From positions 34,658,001 through 34,722,000 of the forward strand of contig CM060733.1 in NCBI GenBank assembly GCA_030704615.1: a stretch of 64,000 bases of DNA. Direction: 5' to 3'. How positions within the stretch are numbered: position 1 is the stretch's first letter; every line of letters begins with the position of its first letter. The notes beneath the pieces were generated by a model, which was given only the letters and a program-made list of their open reading frames with translations, ran no database searches and was not told where the DNA came from. The position numbers were made by a program, and so were the translations under genes. Source of the DNA: Takakia lepidozioides (taxonomy: Eukaryota; Plantae; Bryophyta). Positions 38,452-51,380 of this stretch are shown here, one piece after another.

Positions 38452-38510
38452 ATGCTTTCATTTCTCAAATCAAGGTTGCGTCAACGCAAGGTTGATTTGC
38501 ATCACCCCAA
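37941..38510. repeat. Array of six ~57-bp internally palindromic repeats separated by A-runs or (AT)n; probably subterminal repeats of the DNA transposon
   Basis: ATGCTTTCATTTCTCAAATCAAGGTTGCGTCAACGCAAGGTTGATTTGCATCACCCC at ~37941, 38043, 38136, 38245, 38340 and 38452. Confidence 0.9.
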
Positions 38511-38807
38511 GGATTTTAAAATAATAATAATAATTTTTATAAAAAAAAATGAAGTCGTATGTCTATCGGTGTATGTCACATCATCAATCGTATTGTGCAT
38601 GCATCTACCATTTGTTGCATTCGTTCCTCAAACTCATTTGTTCACTTGCGAACACATCAAGTCACATTCAAATAAACATTCTCGGAACTTGAAATCAACC
38701 TCGTGTTAACACAAGGTTCATTTCAAATTGAACTCATGCAAACATCGGAAATTTAGAAAGGACCTTACTCTTGTCATGAACCCTCCCCACTGTTTGTATC
38801 TGAAGTG

Positions 38808-39850
38808 TCAAAATCCCATCCAGTCGTCAAGTTCTTTGAGGCCATCCTGATTTGCTGCATCGGAGGAGTACCACCATGCCCTTATAGTTTGGTATAAGGA
38901 GTTTGCTTCGATCTTGCTTGTCACATCTTTATACAGCCGGCAGAGTCTCATGTGTTCCTCCTGCAACTCTGGTTTTATGCAATTATTGGTGTGCCTTCGG
39001 AGGGACTGAGTCCAATGGAACAGGCAAGTGCGCTCCCTGCCCATCATGGGTATTTTCGGATCACCACTTCCAAAAACAGACCGGACTGCATTCCAATTTG
39101 CCCACACGTTATCGGCCATAAATCCATGAAAGTTTGGATCTGAAACACCATGATTTCTCATGACTTTCACAAAGGACTTCCACATCAGGATTTGAGACTC
39201 AGTGTCTTCGGATTGCATGTCACACACTACAATTGTCATAACTCTTTGGTAAGAAGGATCGTACACATGGGCAGCCATGGTTATCCGACCCTTCACACGT
39301 TTCACATGATCAAACATGAGTCGGGATTTCTGGAGATCGCCACCGGGCTGCATTCTGCGGACCAAGCTAATTCCACTTCCTTTCGCAACTGTGGACATCT
39401 TGAATAAGAACACTTTCAACGACCCATCACTAGGAAAAACATTGTCTTGAATGAAGTCGTACATGCTTCTCCGCTTCAATTCTAGGATGCTATCCACATA
39501 ACATGTGCTCCCTGTTCCCATTCTGAGTGCGTTGATCTGGTTGCGTACATTTGGTGAACTAAGGGTCGAAAAATAGTCCATAATGACGTCCAGTTTTTCG
39601 CTGTCCAATTTCTCTATGTTCTTTTCCGCTCCTCCTAGAATGTGTTTTTGCAAGAAGCTCTTGCTTGCAGAAAGTGCAATTGCAGATGGCGGTGCATAAA
39701 GAGCATTCTCCACCTCGTGCCGTAGAAGTCCCCGAATTGTTTCAAGACTTTCTTGACAATCCCCTTTCGATACGGGGTGGGTATGATTGCCGAGATGAAC
39801 ACAAGCTCGGGTAAGGCCGCGAAAACGATGGAGCACATAGTACATGCGGA
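38808..39850 (-). pseudogene. MULE/Mutator-like DDE transposase, 5'-truncated by the fold-back
   Basis: HLGNHTHP (end of a WRKY/GCM1-like finger), LMFDHVKR (D1), FMADN (D2), RTCLFHWTQSL (CxxH motif); TGA in WMGF*HFRYKQWGG. Confidence 0.75.
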
Positions 39851-40424
39851 AGGAAGTGGAATTAGCTTGGTCCGCAGAATGCAGCCCGGTGACGATCTCC
39901 AGAAATCCTGACTCATGTTTGATCATGTGAAACGTGTGAAGGGTCGGATAACCATGGTTGCCCATGTGTACGATCCTTCTTACCAAAGAGTTATGACAAT
40001 TGTAGTGTGTGACATGCAATCCGAAGACACTGAGTCTCAAATCCTGATGTGGAAGTCCCTTGTGAAAGTCATGAGAAATCATGGTGTCTCAGATCCAAAC
40101 TTTCATGGATTTATGGCCGATAGCGCGCGGGCAAATTGGAATGCAGTCCGGTCTGTTTTTGGAAGTGGTGATCCGAAAATACCCATGATGGGCAGGGAGC
40201 GCACTTGCCTGTTCCATTGGACTCAGTCCCTCCGAAGGCACACCAAGAATTGCATAAAACCAGAGTTGCAGGAGGAACACATGAGACTCTGCCGGCTGTA
40301 TAAAGATGTGACAAGCAAGATCGAAGCAAACTCCTTATACCAAACTATAAGGGCATGGTGGTACTCCTCCGATGCAGCAAGTCAGGATGGCCTCAAAGAA
40401 CTTGACGACTGGATGGGATTCTGA
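39845..40424 (+). pseudogene. Mirror copy of the C-terminal half of the MULE-like transposase
   Basis: ORF 39915-40424 MFDHVKRV...CLFHW...WMGF. Confidence 0.75.
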
Positions 40425-40724
40425 CACTTCAGATACAAATAGTGGGGAGGGTTCATGACAAGAGTAAGGTCCCTTCTAAATTTCCGATGTTTGCATGAGT
40501 TCAATTTGAAATGAACCTAGTGATAACACGAGGTTGATTTCAAGTTCCGAGAATGTTTATTTGAATGTGACTTGATGTGTTCGCAAGTGAACAAATGAGT
40601 TTGAGGAACGAATGCAACAAATGGTAGATGCTTGTACAATACGCTTGATGATGTGACATACACCGATAGACATACGACTTCATTTTAAAAAATATATATT
40701 ATTATTATTATTATTATAAAATCC

Positions 40725-40784
40725 CTGGGGGTGATGCAAATCAACCTTGCGTTGACGCAACCTTGATTTGATAAATGAAAGCAT

Positions 40785-40822
<38 letters not shown>

Positions 40823-41265
40823 CCTCCCCTGGGGGTGATGCAAATCAACCTTGCGTTGACGCAACCTTAATTTGAGAAATGAAAGCATCTTATATATATA
40901 TATATATATATATTTCCTCCATGGGGGGTGATGCAAATCAACCTTGCGTTGACGCAACATTGATTTGAGAAATGAAAGCATCATTTTTTGAAGTTTGTTT
41001 TTTTTGTTTTTTTTTTTCCGTCGGGGATGATGCAAATCAACCTTGCGTTGACGCAACATTAATTTGAGAAATGAAAGCATCAATTTTTGAATTTGTTTTT
41101 TTTCTCCATGGGGGGTGATACAAATCAACCTTGGGTTGACGCAACCTTGATTTGAGAAATGAAAACATCTTTTCTTGAAGGTTTTTTTTTTTCTTTTCTT
41201 TTCCTAGGAGGTTGATGCAAATCAACCTTGCGTTGACGCAACCTTGATTTAAGAAATGAAAGCAT
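40725..41265. repeat. Mirror of the 57-bp palindromic repeat array
   Basis: GGGGTGATGCAAATCAACCTTGCGTTGACGCAACCTTGATTTGAGAAATGAAAGCAT x6. Confidence 0.9.
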
Positions 41266-41723
41266 CCTTATTTGAGGACTGTTTTTTGTATTTGTATGGT
41301 TGCTGGCCATGTTGTTCTTCGTTTCGTGTCTTACATTGCAAGTCTTGCCAACCTGTTTTGCACCATGTTTTTTCATAAACCGCAAAGTCGCTTTAGGAAT
41401 TTCCTGGTGTTTGTCTGGAGAACATCTATTAATGAAAGGTGGATGTGAATTGGGGGGGAGGAACTTTGATAGAACAAACTCATTCTCCTTCGTGTTCATT
41501 ACGTAACGAGACATTGTACTCTCTGCAATATCTTGTGCCCGTGGACAAAAACCATCCACAAACCACCCGTGATTTCTCATCCAACCAAGATTTGGATGAG
41601 GGATGAGACTTCTTGGAAAATAAAGTTGGCAAATCTGGGGCGTGGTAGTCGCCTACAATTCCGCGGAAATAGGTGGCATCCACGGAATTAGGTCCTACAC
41701 GTGGGAAACCTTGCTGACGCGGC

Positions 41724-42533
41724 GTGAGCCTGGCTAGGCTCACGTACTCCACGCGGCCAGGCTCACGCGCAAGCATTTCCCATCCAAAGTATACTATGGG
41801 GGAAGACTTTGATCAGTATTTACAAATGTTTGAAGATATTGCTGCAGTTAATGGAGTCCTTCAAAATTTTAAAGTCGCTATATTTAGGATGAGCATGAAG
41901 GGGGCTGCTAGGAATCTATTATATGCAGCTGTTATGTATGATCCTCAACTTAGTTGGGCATCTGTAGTTGAGTGGGCCTGGACCTTGTTCAAACCCATGG
42001 AACGTCCATTGGACTGCTTCACCAAATTCTCCTTGCGCACCTACAAGCCAGGTGAGTCGCTATGGCAGTAGTACCTTGACCTGAAATTTGCTGCAGCAGA
42101 AAATATTACTGATGTACCTGAGAGAGATCGCATGGTTAGAGTGTTCTTTTTTCTTGGCTTACCTCCTGCTATCTAGGCTTGGGCTCAACGCCGCTATTTT
42201 GTAAATGATAAGACCATGCTAGCAGATATTAGCTTAAAAATGGCAAACTTCAGCAAATCAATCAAGCGGCCCCATGCCAAGTTTCAAGCTCTCGTGGGCT
42301 TAGAGCTTGGCATGAATGCAACATCTCCTCCATATGTTCCTGCTGCTATGCAATGCAAACCAGGTGAATTCACCTTCCAAGGGTTGACTAATATTGTGGG
42401 TAGTCTTAGTGAGTCGGTAGCTACTCAACTCGTTGCCATGCAGGTTAATCAGCGTGCCAATTGGCCAATTGCCCGTACGGAAGTAAACATGACAGAAATC
42501 ATCCGCCGCAGTCGATTAAAATATTTATTTTGA
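41724..42533 (+). pseudogene. Mirror copy of the stand-alone gag-like ORF
   Basis: ORFs 41724-42071 and 42216-42533 are near-identical to 37135-37482 and 36673-36990. Confidence 0.55.
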
Positions 42534-43808
42534 AGTTGAAATTTGAATTTATGTGTGACGATCCATGCATCTATGTCGAGGTGTCATATCTTGGTGATGA
42601 TGGATGGCTGTGCTACATAGAACATGTTGAACATGCATGATATATGGCTGTGTGACATGATTAATGTACAACGGGTTTGAAGCGGAGGCGGACGGGCGGG
42701 CGAATGGGGAGCGACTGGTCGCGACCAACGCAGGAGCCGCCACGGGGGGTGAGGGGGAGGGGGAAGGGCGGGCCACGCAGGCAGCCCCGCTGAGGGCGCG
42801 TAAAGAACTGGGCCACATTTCCCCTAGTGTATTTAGGGGGCGCCTATTTAGCGGATTCTCTCGTCTGTTAGGGGCTGTACATTGTCTGGAAATGACAGTG
42901 TACATTACGGCCGATGTAATGCACTGCTGCTCATCTTTTACAAAAAGAAAAAGAAATGTGCCCAGTTCTTTACGCTGGGGATGGCCTCTCGTGTTGGGCC
43001 CTCCACTAATTTTCTGCTTCTGCCCTGGCGCCTGGGGCTACCGCCCTTGGGCAGAAAATTAGTGGAGGGCCCTCCGCTCGAGGCCCTCCCGTTTAGCCCT
43101 ATACATTGCAGAAACCCTTCATTATTAAGCACTTGTACCGTGAAGAGTTCATCGAGGCTTGAACCCTTCACTATTAAACTTAGACTTTCATTTGCAAGTT
43201 TCCTTTTTCTTAGCCCTTCATGATGAAAGGTTCAGATTTTATCTGGCCTTTCTTTTGAAGGGCCCTGATTTTTTTGCCCTTCATATGGAGCATTTTTGCA
43301 AGTAATAGACACTGCTGTGCAGATTGTTGCACCCAAAACGGAAAAATTAGTAGGCTGCCCGTGCCAAGAGGAAGGCAACTTGCAAGGCGTAGAGAGGTGG
43401 AGGAAAAGCGTGCCGGGCTCCAAGAGCAGTACGGTTGCACGGGAGATGGCCCATAATTTACGCTTCCTTGGGGGGGTGTCAAATAGTAAATATTAATATC
43501 GATATTATTAATTGGTGATAGCCCGTGCCACGTAGGCTACCTAGTGACACCGGGAACAACCATAGTAAAATGATGATTTACCGATGTTGATAACATCAGG
43601 TCTGAACTGACCCTAATAATTAGGGTCTTTTACAATTCAATCTGGCAATTATGTAAAGCACAATGGGCAGCTCTGCAGCCTTGGATCGCTGTACATCGTT
43701 TTGAGCTGTACACAGTGCATACTGCCTATTCTGCTTCTTAATTTGTCTCTAAAGCGCATAATCTGCCTCAAAGATCCTTCATGATTTCGGAAGCCAAAGG
43801 GAAGGGAG

Positions 43809-44084
43809 CAGTGATTTTTTTCTGAAATTTGAAAAATAGCACGAGTGGCTACAAGAAATAGCTATATATTCTGTTCATCCACTGAAAATTTGGATAGAAT
43901 CATCCTCCTATGTACTTTCATCCATTTATATCATCCACATTTGGCGAATTCATCCATCTTTTTTTTCCCTTGTAGAAGTTTGGCGATTTCATCCATGAAA
44001 AAACAGGGAATTTTCGACAGAATATTCCATTTTAATGTTTTGAGGTCGCCATTTGGCGATTTTTCGCCAGGAAAAAAAACACTG
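43809..44084. mobile_element. hAT-type MITE (mirror of 35110-35385)
   Basis: TSD GAAGGGAG on both sides. Confidence 0.9.
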
Positions 44085-45095
44085 GAAGGGAGAAGTTAGA
44101 CACACCACACACAACAAGGCAGTGTTTTTTTTCTCATTTTTCGAAAGTAGCGGGAGTGTACTCTACCTGGTGCGCCAAGTGGCCGGAAAACATGAGCTGG
44201 CACCTCTAGAAATTCCGCTTACTGACAACTGGCAAGTGTTAACAGGTCCACGTTGACAATCATACGAATTTTTCCTCTCGTTCATCTCTCCCGTTTTGGC
44301 GGACAATGGAAAAAAATGCCGAAGGTGACTGGTGTACTTTGATGTTAATCATTTGTGCATGTACTAAATGTTGGCCGAAGGGTATCACATTTTGAGGGAA
44401 CGACAACTTGTTCCAAGGAAACGAACTGCATCTAAGTTATGTCGTCTGACGGAAAGGATTTTGGGGGCAGATTCTGCCTTTTTTGAAGCAAATTAAAATG
44501 CAGAAGATCGACGCTCCACGGCGCTGGCGCATTCTGCATTCCTAATCGGCTGCTTGACTGCCATAATCGGCAGTTTGACTTTTAATGGCTCATTATGGCC
44601 TGCAGCCAATCAGGGCCTCGCAGAATCTGCCCCCAAAATTCCTTTATTCATATTTTTGTTTTTTAATTTCCACATTTTCTACATTTATGTGTTTTTATTT
44701 CCTTTTTCATTTGACAAGTGACAACCGTTACGCTTGAGGGGATCGGAGACTTTCCAACTTCAAGCCCACATCCAATTCAATGAATTTAGGGCTCAAACCA
44801 GCCCCCGCCCAACTAAAAAATTCATATCTCCCTCCAAATTAGGGATCGAGGAAGGATGAAAGTTCATTTGTCTGTGTGCCTAAACATTTTGTGGATAGTT
44901 TTTCTATCTAATTTCTTATTGTTTTACTTGTATGTTTGGATGATAAAGTAGACCTATTGTACCCATAATCATCCAATTGGATGCTTAACTCATCCTGAGG
45001 ACGTCTTGTGGGATCAAAATCATGAAACACATTTTCAAAGTTTTGTTTTTGAGGGAGAATTTATGGGATAAATAAAACCCTACCCTCATACTCTG

Positions 45096-45343
45096 CAGTG
45101 ATTTTTTTCTTAAATTTGAAAAATAGCACGAGTGGCTACAAGAAATAGCTTTATCATCCTCCTATGTACTTTCATCCATTTATATCATCCACATTTGGCA
45201 AATTCATCCATTGTTTTTTTTTCCCTTGTAGAAGATTGGCGATTTCATCCATGAAAAAATTGAGAATTTACGACAGAATATTCTATTTTAATGTTTTGAG
45301 GTCGCCATTTGGCGATTTTTCGCCAACAAAAAAAAAAACACTG
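45096..45343. mobile_element. hAT-type MITE (mirror of 33854-34099)
   Basis: TSD ATACTCTG on both sides. Confidence 0.9.
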
Positions 45344-46144
45344 ATACTCTGTTTCCATACGATAATGCCCATTGCGACGCACAATCTCCCTTCGCCCTGC
45401 ATCAGTCAGTTCCACAGTGAGGTTGTGCCTGCCCAAAGCGATGGAACTGCAGCTTTCGTGCTCAAACAATCGGAACGGCTCCTCCCTAAAAAATGAGCTT
45501 TTTGGCGAGCAAAAAACACGGTGCAACAAGGTAGCAGGATTTGAACAAAAGAATCACCGGGTGATAGTCACTGCTTTACCAGACTGAGCTAATGGACTGG
45601 ATGTCATAATGCCCAAGTACTACTCTAAATTATCACATGTGCTGTAAATTAGTACAGTGCCAAACAATCATGGGCCATGGCAGGGACGCGCATTGATAGA
45701 GAAATGATGTGGCGACTTGAAAGTTTACAAAGAGATTCCAGCGAAGCAAGATCGGTAGCTCATCACGTTTTCATGGGCGTTATAGCTCGAATGCTTATTG
45801 CCAAGAGACACAAGGAAGAACGATATTGAGGATAGGCACAGACAGAAAGTTGTATAGCTGAAAGTTCAAGTCTGAAGATCTGCAACTGGGTCGAGGACGG
45901 AGGAAGGTCCGAAGTACTAACCTCGTAATTTCCGTTTTGAGGTTATTTGAATGCTCTCAGCTTCCGAAACATCTTAGACATAGATTTGCAGTGACCCATT
46001 GACGTACTCGCTTCCCTTCTGGAGGAAAAAGTCTTCCAGAAAGCATGGGAATCGTAGCTGAGCCAAAGCTGCAAGTGATCTTGAAAGACCGAACTGTGGT
46101 TGCTCCAGCTGTTCTTACCAAAAATCATGTGATGTATCTTTCAA

Positions 46145-47528
46145 GAAAGCAAGTGAATGGTATGCAAGATTCTTTGATAATCATTTCCTAACCTGGAATG
46201 GCTTGAATACAGCATTCCGAAATAGGTTCAGGACAAGTAAAACTGAGGATGAAGTGTATGGAAGTTTACAACAGTTAAAGCAAAAGAAGCATGAAACTGT
46301 TGAGGAGTATATGGAAAAGATGGAATTGATGATGAAAAAGCTGGTTGCTGTATCAGCACCAGGTTTACAGAAGACTTGGTTTGTGAGTGGACTAAGACCA
46401 GAGTTGCAAAAGAAAGTGGATATGTTACCCCATAATACAGTGGAGGAGACATTTGAAACAGCGAACAGAATTGAGCAATTGGGAATGCTCAGGAGAGAGA
46501 AAAGGGATGATGAGGACTCTGAGGATGAGTCAGATGAGGAAGAAGAGCAAGAGCTGAAAAGGAAGAGTAAGAGAAAGGAGAAGTTGAAGATGGATAACTA
46601 TGAGAAAATATTTGAAGAAATCTTGAAGAAGTATGCCACAGAGGCTGCAACACATTGGAGAAGGGTGTTTGGTGTGCAAAGTGCCAGAATGAAGGCCATA
46701 CCACCACTGAATGCCACATGAAGGAGAAACACTGTACTATCTGTAAAATGGATAACCATTCTACTGAGAATTGTTACTACAACAGAAGGACAGCAGCTAG
46801 AGAACCTAGGCAAGTAAGGGTGCATCAAGTGCAGCCCCAGCCAAGAAGAAACAGTGATCAGGACCACTATGGTAGGCCTGGTGGTTATAACAATGGCATG
46901 GAAGGGAGAGGTAATCCAAGAGGGAATTACCAAGGAAATTCCAGAGGCAACTATCAGGGTAATCCAAGGGGGAATTACCAGCCAGGGAATCAGGATTACA
47001 GAAACAATTCCAGAACAGACCAAGGGCGAGGACCTAATGGGGAAGAACTGTGTTACTATTGTAATCAGGCAGGCTATCGCAAGGCAGCTTGTCCATTCTG
47101 GATCAGACACCAGAATGAGATGAGAGCTCCTGTGAATGAGGGGCCAGTGATGGCAGCTCACATGGTTAGGCCATGTGTTGTACCAGAAGTAAGTACAATG
47201 ATAGTAACGAGAAGCAAAGCCAAACTAATACCTCCAATAGATGAGGAAGATGATGATAATGAAGATGGCAGTGATGTGCCTGAAGATGATGAGGCTTAGA
47301 GAGATGAGAAGGAACTGCACAAGGAAGTGGCAGATACCATAAGGGAAATGCAGAAGAGTACTGATATTCCTATGGCAGATTCCTTTGATTCTGAAAGAGA
47401 AGAGGAAGTGAGTGAGGATGAAGGGAAGAAAGAAGCTGCAGACATGCAGAGGTAATGCAGGGACTTTGGCTGAAGTAATATGCCAGTCCAAAGCGGAGAT
47501 TACCATCGGACAGCTATTGGCTGTGGCA
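46145..47528 (+). pseudogene. gag: Ty3/Gypsy gag shard, cut at both ends, no LTR
   Basis: ASEWY...TW...LKQKKHETVEEY...WFVSGLRPEL; zinc knuckles CAKCQNEGHTTTEC and CTICKMDNHSTENC, degenerate CYYCNQAGYRKAAC; linker ITIGQLLAVA. Confidence 0.85.
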
Positions 47529-50500
47529 CTTGTAAACATTAGGAAGAATACCAAATCATGGTACTCACAGGAGTCAAGAGCCCACCTTTGCAGGATGGAC
47601 GAACTTCTTAACATCGTACATTAAGAAAAACCACACCTGGTGATTGCGGTTGTCCCACCATCATGAAGGATCGGTATAAAACTCATGCAACCTCACATGA
47701 CGAACGAGCTAACTTGCAGAATTCTACATGAAAATTTAGGGACTACTCTGGTAACAGGGAAAAACAGGGTGAAATGTATTGAAGAAGGTACCTTCATGCC
47801 GCACGCTCAGCCATCTTCACATTGCCATGGATTCTGCAGGCACCAAGCAAGGCCTTCATTTTGCAAACATGTCGACCTCTTTCCCCTTTTCCAGAGCTGG
47901 CAGGCAGTGTTCAGAATGACATTATGTACAATTCCAGCTTTGAACAAGGCACGGCCTGCTAAGACCAAGTTGACTCTCTCTCTTGCACCAACGAGCTATC
48001 TTACAGATTTCAATATACATATCAGGCCCGAGTCTGATAAGAGGGCAAAACAAGCTGAAATAGATTGAAGAAGAAGGTGCCCTCACGGCCTGCTAAGACC
48101 AAGTTGACTCTCTCTCTAGCACCAACGAGCTAACTTACAGAATTCAATATGCATATGAGGCTCGAGTTTGATAAGAGGGCAAAACAGGCTGAAATAGGTT
48201 GAAGAAGAAGGTGCCCTCACGGCCTGCTAAGACCAACCTGACTCTCTCTCTTGCACTGACGAGCTAACTCAACATAATTCAATATGCATATCAGGCCTGA
48301 GTCTGATAAGAGGGCAAAACAGGCTTAAATAGGTTGAAGAAGAAGGTGCCCTCATGGCTTGCTAAGACCAAGCTAACTCTCTCTCTTGCACCAACGAGCT
48401 AACTACAGAATTCAATATGCATATCAGGCCCGAGTTGAATCAGGAAATGAATCAGCGGGCTGCTAAGACCAAGCTGATTCTCCCAAGAACCTTGTAAACA
48501 TCAGGAAGAAGACCGTACTAACAGAAGCCAAAAGCCCACATTTGCAAGATGGACAAACTTCTTCACATCCTACATTAAGGAAAAGCCACACCTTATTGCG
48601 ATTGTCCCACCATCGGCAAGGATCGGTAAGAAACTCATGCAAGCTCTGAAATAGGTCGAAGAAGAAGGTGCCCTCACCACATTGTCCTCGACCTTGTGTC
48701 ATGACCCATGGAGGATTTGACTCCCCATGAACCCAAACGGACCTCTTGTGTGTGCTGCTTGTGTCTGTAGTCTGGTAATGGCGGATTGGTCCATGAGAAC
48801 CACCACGGTGCAGCTGAGCAAGCAGAGATTGAAACACGACCTTGAAACACAATCTGGTAAGACCAGCCTGACTTTCCCAAAAACCTTGTAAACATCAGGA
48901 AGAATATGAAATCACGGTACGTCTAACAGGAGCCAAGAACCCGCATTTGCAGGATGGACAAACTTCTTCACATCGTACATTGAGAAAAAGCCAAACCTTG
49001 CGATCGCGATTGTCCCACCATCGTGCACGCCTTCATGCCCCGATTATAGGGCTTGAGTCCCTGTCTGCCCCCTATCCCACCAGCTCTACTCGTCATCGTA
49101 CATTGAGAAAAAGCCACACCTTGCGATCGCGGTTGTCCCACCATCGTGCATGCCTTCATGCCCCGATTCTAGGGCTTGAGTCCCTGTCTGCCCCCTATCC
49201 CACCAACTCCGCTCGTCATTGTACATTGAGAAAAGCCACACCTTGCGATCGCGGTTGTCCCACCATCGTGCACGCCTTCATGCCCCGATTCTAGGTCTTG
49301 AGTCCCTGTCTGCCCCCTATCCCACCAGCTTCGCTCGTCATTGTACATTGAGAAAAAGCCACACCTTGCGATCGCGGTTGTCCCACCATCGTGCACACCT
49401 TCATGCCCCGATTCTAGGTCTTGAGTCCTTGTCTGCCCCTATCCCACCAGCTCCGCTCGTCGTCTCTCATGATCAGACTTGACATTATAAGAAAACAAAT
49501 CGACACAAAGAAAACAAACAAATGCCACAGTGGCAGGGAAAACAAAAAAAACGCTAAGTCCCCTCTAGTCATGACTGGATGGATGAATGTAGCGATACAT
49601 GGATGGATTTTGGGTTTTCCATCAACACACAAACCACTAAAGTTTTTCAAGTATCACCACAGAAGTAATACCAATCACTGGTGTGTATGTAATCACTCAT
49701 GCGTAACCACTGACCGAGTGGTTCCAGTTACTAAATGGTCACTCACTCTACACCACTCTCAAAGTGGTACCAATCAATGGGGGTCTTTAACCACTCCAGA
49801 TCTATGTATATTGTCCCCATCCACGTGGAATAATATATTTTGAAATGATAAAAATCTTAAAAAAAAGAATTATTACACGTGGAGTAGAAAGTGGTTTCAA
49901 CCACTTCCCATCACTGAGGTGTCTTTAACCACTCATAATTTATCACTGTACCCGTCCATGTCGGATATTATCATTATTAATATAAATATTTGACCAAATG
50001 TCGAATAATAAATATAAAATTAAATATTACACATGGATTACTTAGTGGTTGAAACCACTTCCAACCACTCCATATGATGCCACCGTGGGCATTTCATCGG
50101 AATTAACCACTGGCCAGTGGTTACCATTACTTGGAGTGATTTATAGAGTGGTAACAGACAAGAGTGGTTAAGGGGGCCAGTGGTTATTCCGCGTTTTTCT
50201 TCTAGTTTTGCCTCACAGGGGATTGAGGGGTAGCACCCCAAAAAAAATTCTGAATGAGAGCTATGATCTCATTCACCATCGTGGTACCTGGATCCCAGAC
50301 CGCTGCAGAAAACCAACAAGAGGCTAGAAGCACTTGGTTTGCCACCAGTGCTCCACCAACGATTGATAGCATAGATGAGCTCTAGTGGGCGAGAGATCTT
50401 TTCAACCTAAAGACTACACTCTTCATTCTGCTCCCCTGGGACAGATTTATGCCAATCTTGTGACCTAGCAACGTATGAGATTCCCCCTCACGAAGCCATT

Positions 50501-50680
50501 GAAGACCAATGTCTTGTGTCGAACGGCTTTTACTCATCCATCCCTTCGCTATCCGAGGTGGAAACTCCAAGATAGAAGAGTTGGATATCTCTAAGCACTC
50601 AGCCCGCTCAGTACTATCAGTCATGACCTGCAGCTAGTGAATCATGGTTGTGCTTCCCATTTGTATTCTTCTTGCCTTCA

Positions 50681-51380
50681 TGTTATCAATTTACCTTATC
50701 TGATACTGAAGCATTAGATTGCTTCAGTATCTACTTAGTTCCAGTTAATCATGCATTCATTTCACAGCTTCACTCATGTCTCTCTACACAGTGTGATTGT
50801 ATCGAATAAGTATCAGATTATGATTTATCAGGTATCAGGCCAATGCCATGGTGACTCTAATCCGCCCTACAGTATCACTACAGCTCTGCATGTAATAAGC
50901 ATCTACTGTTCATCTTTCCTTCTTCTCTGTGCTCTCGTTCTTGCTCTCCGCCTGATCTGCTCTTCCCATGATCCAGAAGCGCTCCCCGTGAAGTGATCCT
51001 CTTTCCGTTGCCGCTCTCCTTATCTGCCCGCAAGCTGTTCTAACCACCTAACTAACTAATTGTCATCCCTGAAGTAACACGTTCCCTCTGCAGATGTCGT
51101 TCCCTCATAGTCGTTCCCTGTCAATGATAACTATTCCCCATGTACTGTGACAGGTTGTGTCAAGCTGTGCTGAGCTGTGACTGGCTGTGTAAGGCTGTGT
51201 CGGGCTGTGTCGGGTTGTGACTGGCTGTGTAAGGCTGTGTCGGGTTGTGTCGGGCTGTATACCCCCCTTAAAGTCTGCTGCTGCCACCCCTAAGGCTCAT
51301 GTTGGTCTCAGTCTGCGCAAAAATTAAGGGTACCCCACAGAACTCTTAAAAGCGTCTAAGTCCCAAGCAGCCCTCTAACA
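50681..51380 (-). repeat. Duplicated Gypsy LTR (copy of 5261-5929)
   Basis: TGTTA...TAACA termini; PPT complement at 51381-51398. Confidence 0.8.

Larger units (their letters stand above)
33051..39387. repeat. Left arm (6.3 kb) of a giant inverted repeat
   Basis: Reverse complement of 39845-46144 along its length, with scattered substitutions and small indels; mirrored ORF pairs throughout. Confidence 0.97.
39845..46144. repeat. Right arm (6.3 kb) of the giant inverted repeat
   Basis: Mirror of 33051-39387; the spacer 39388-39844 is unique transposase coding sequence. Confidence 0.97.

Noticed and set aside
37941-38510. CRISPR-like array (palindromic repeats with variable spacers)
   Set aside because: The spacers are poly-A/(AT)n low-complexity sequence, the repeats are ~57 bp, there are no cas genes, and the context is eukaryotic.
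38808-40082. Intact 424-aa protein
   Set aside because: The first ~77 residues are the antisense reading of the gene's own inverted copy (same as ORF 39150-39407); this is a by-product of the palindrome.
33051-46144. Giant foldback transposon with 6.3-kb TIRs and a central transposase
   Set aside because: There is no TSD, the left arm continues seamlessly into BAHD coding sequence, and the transposase is broken by the fold rather than enclosed by it.
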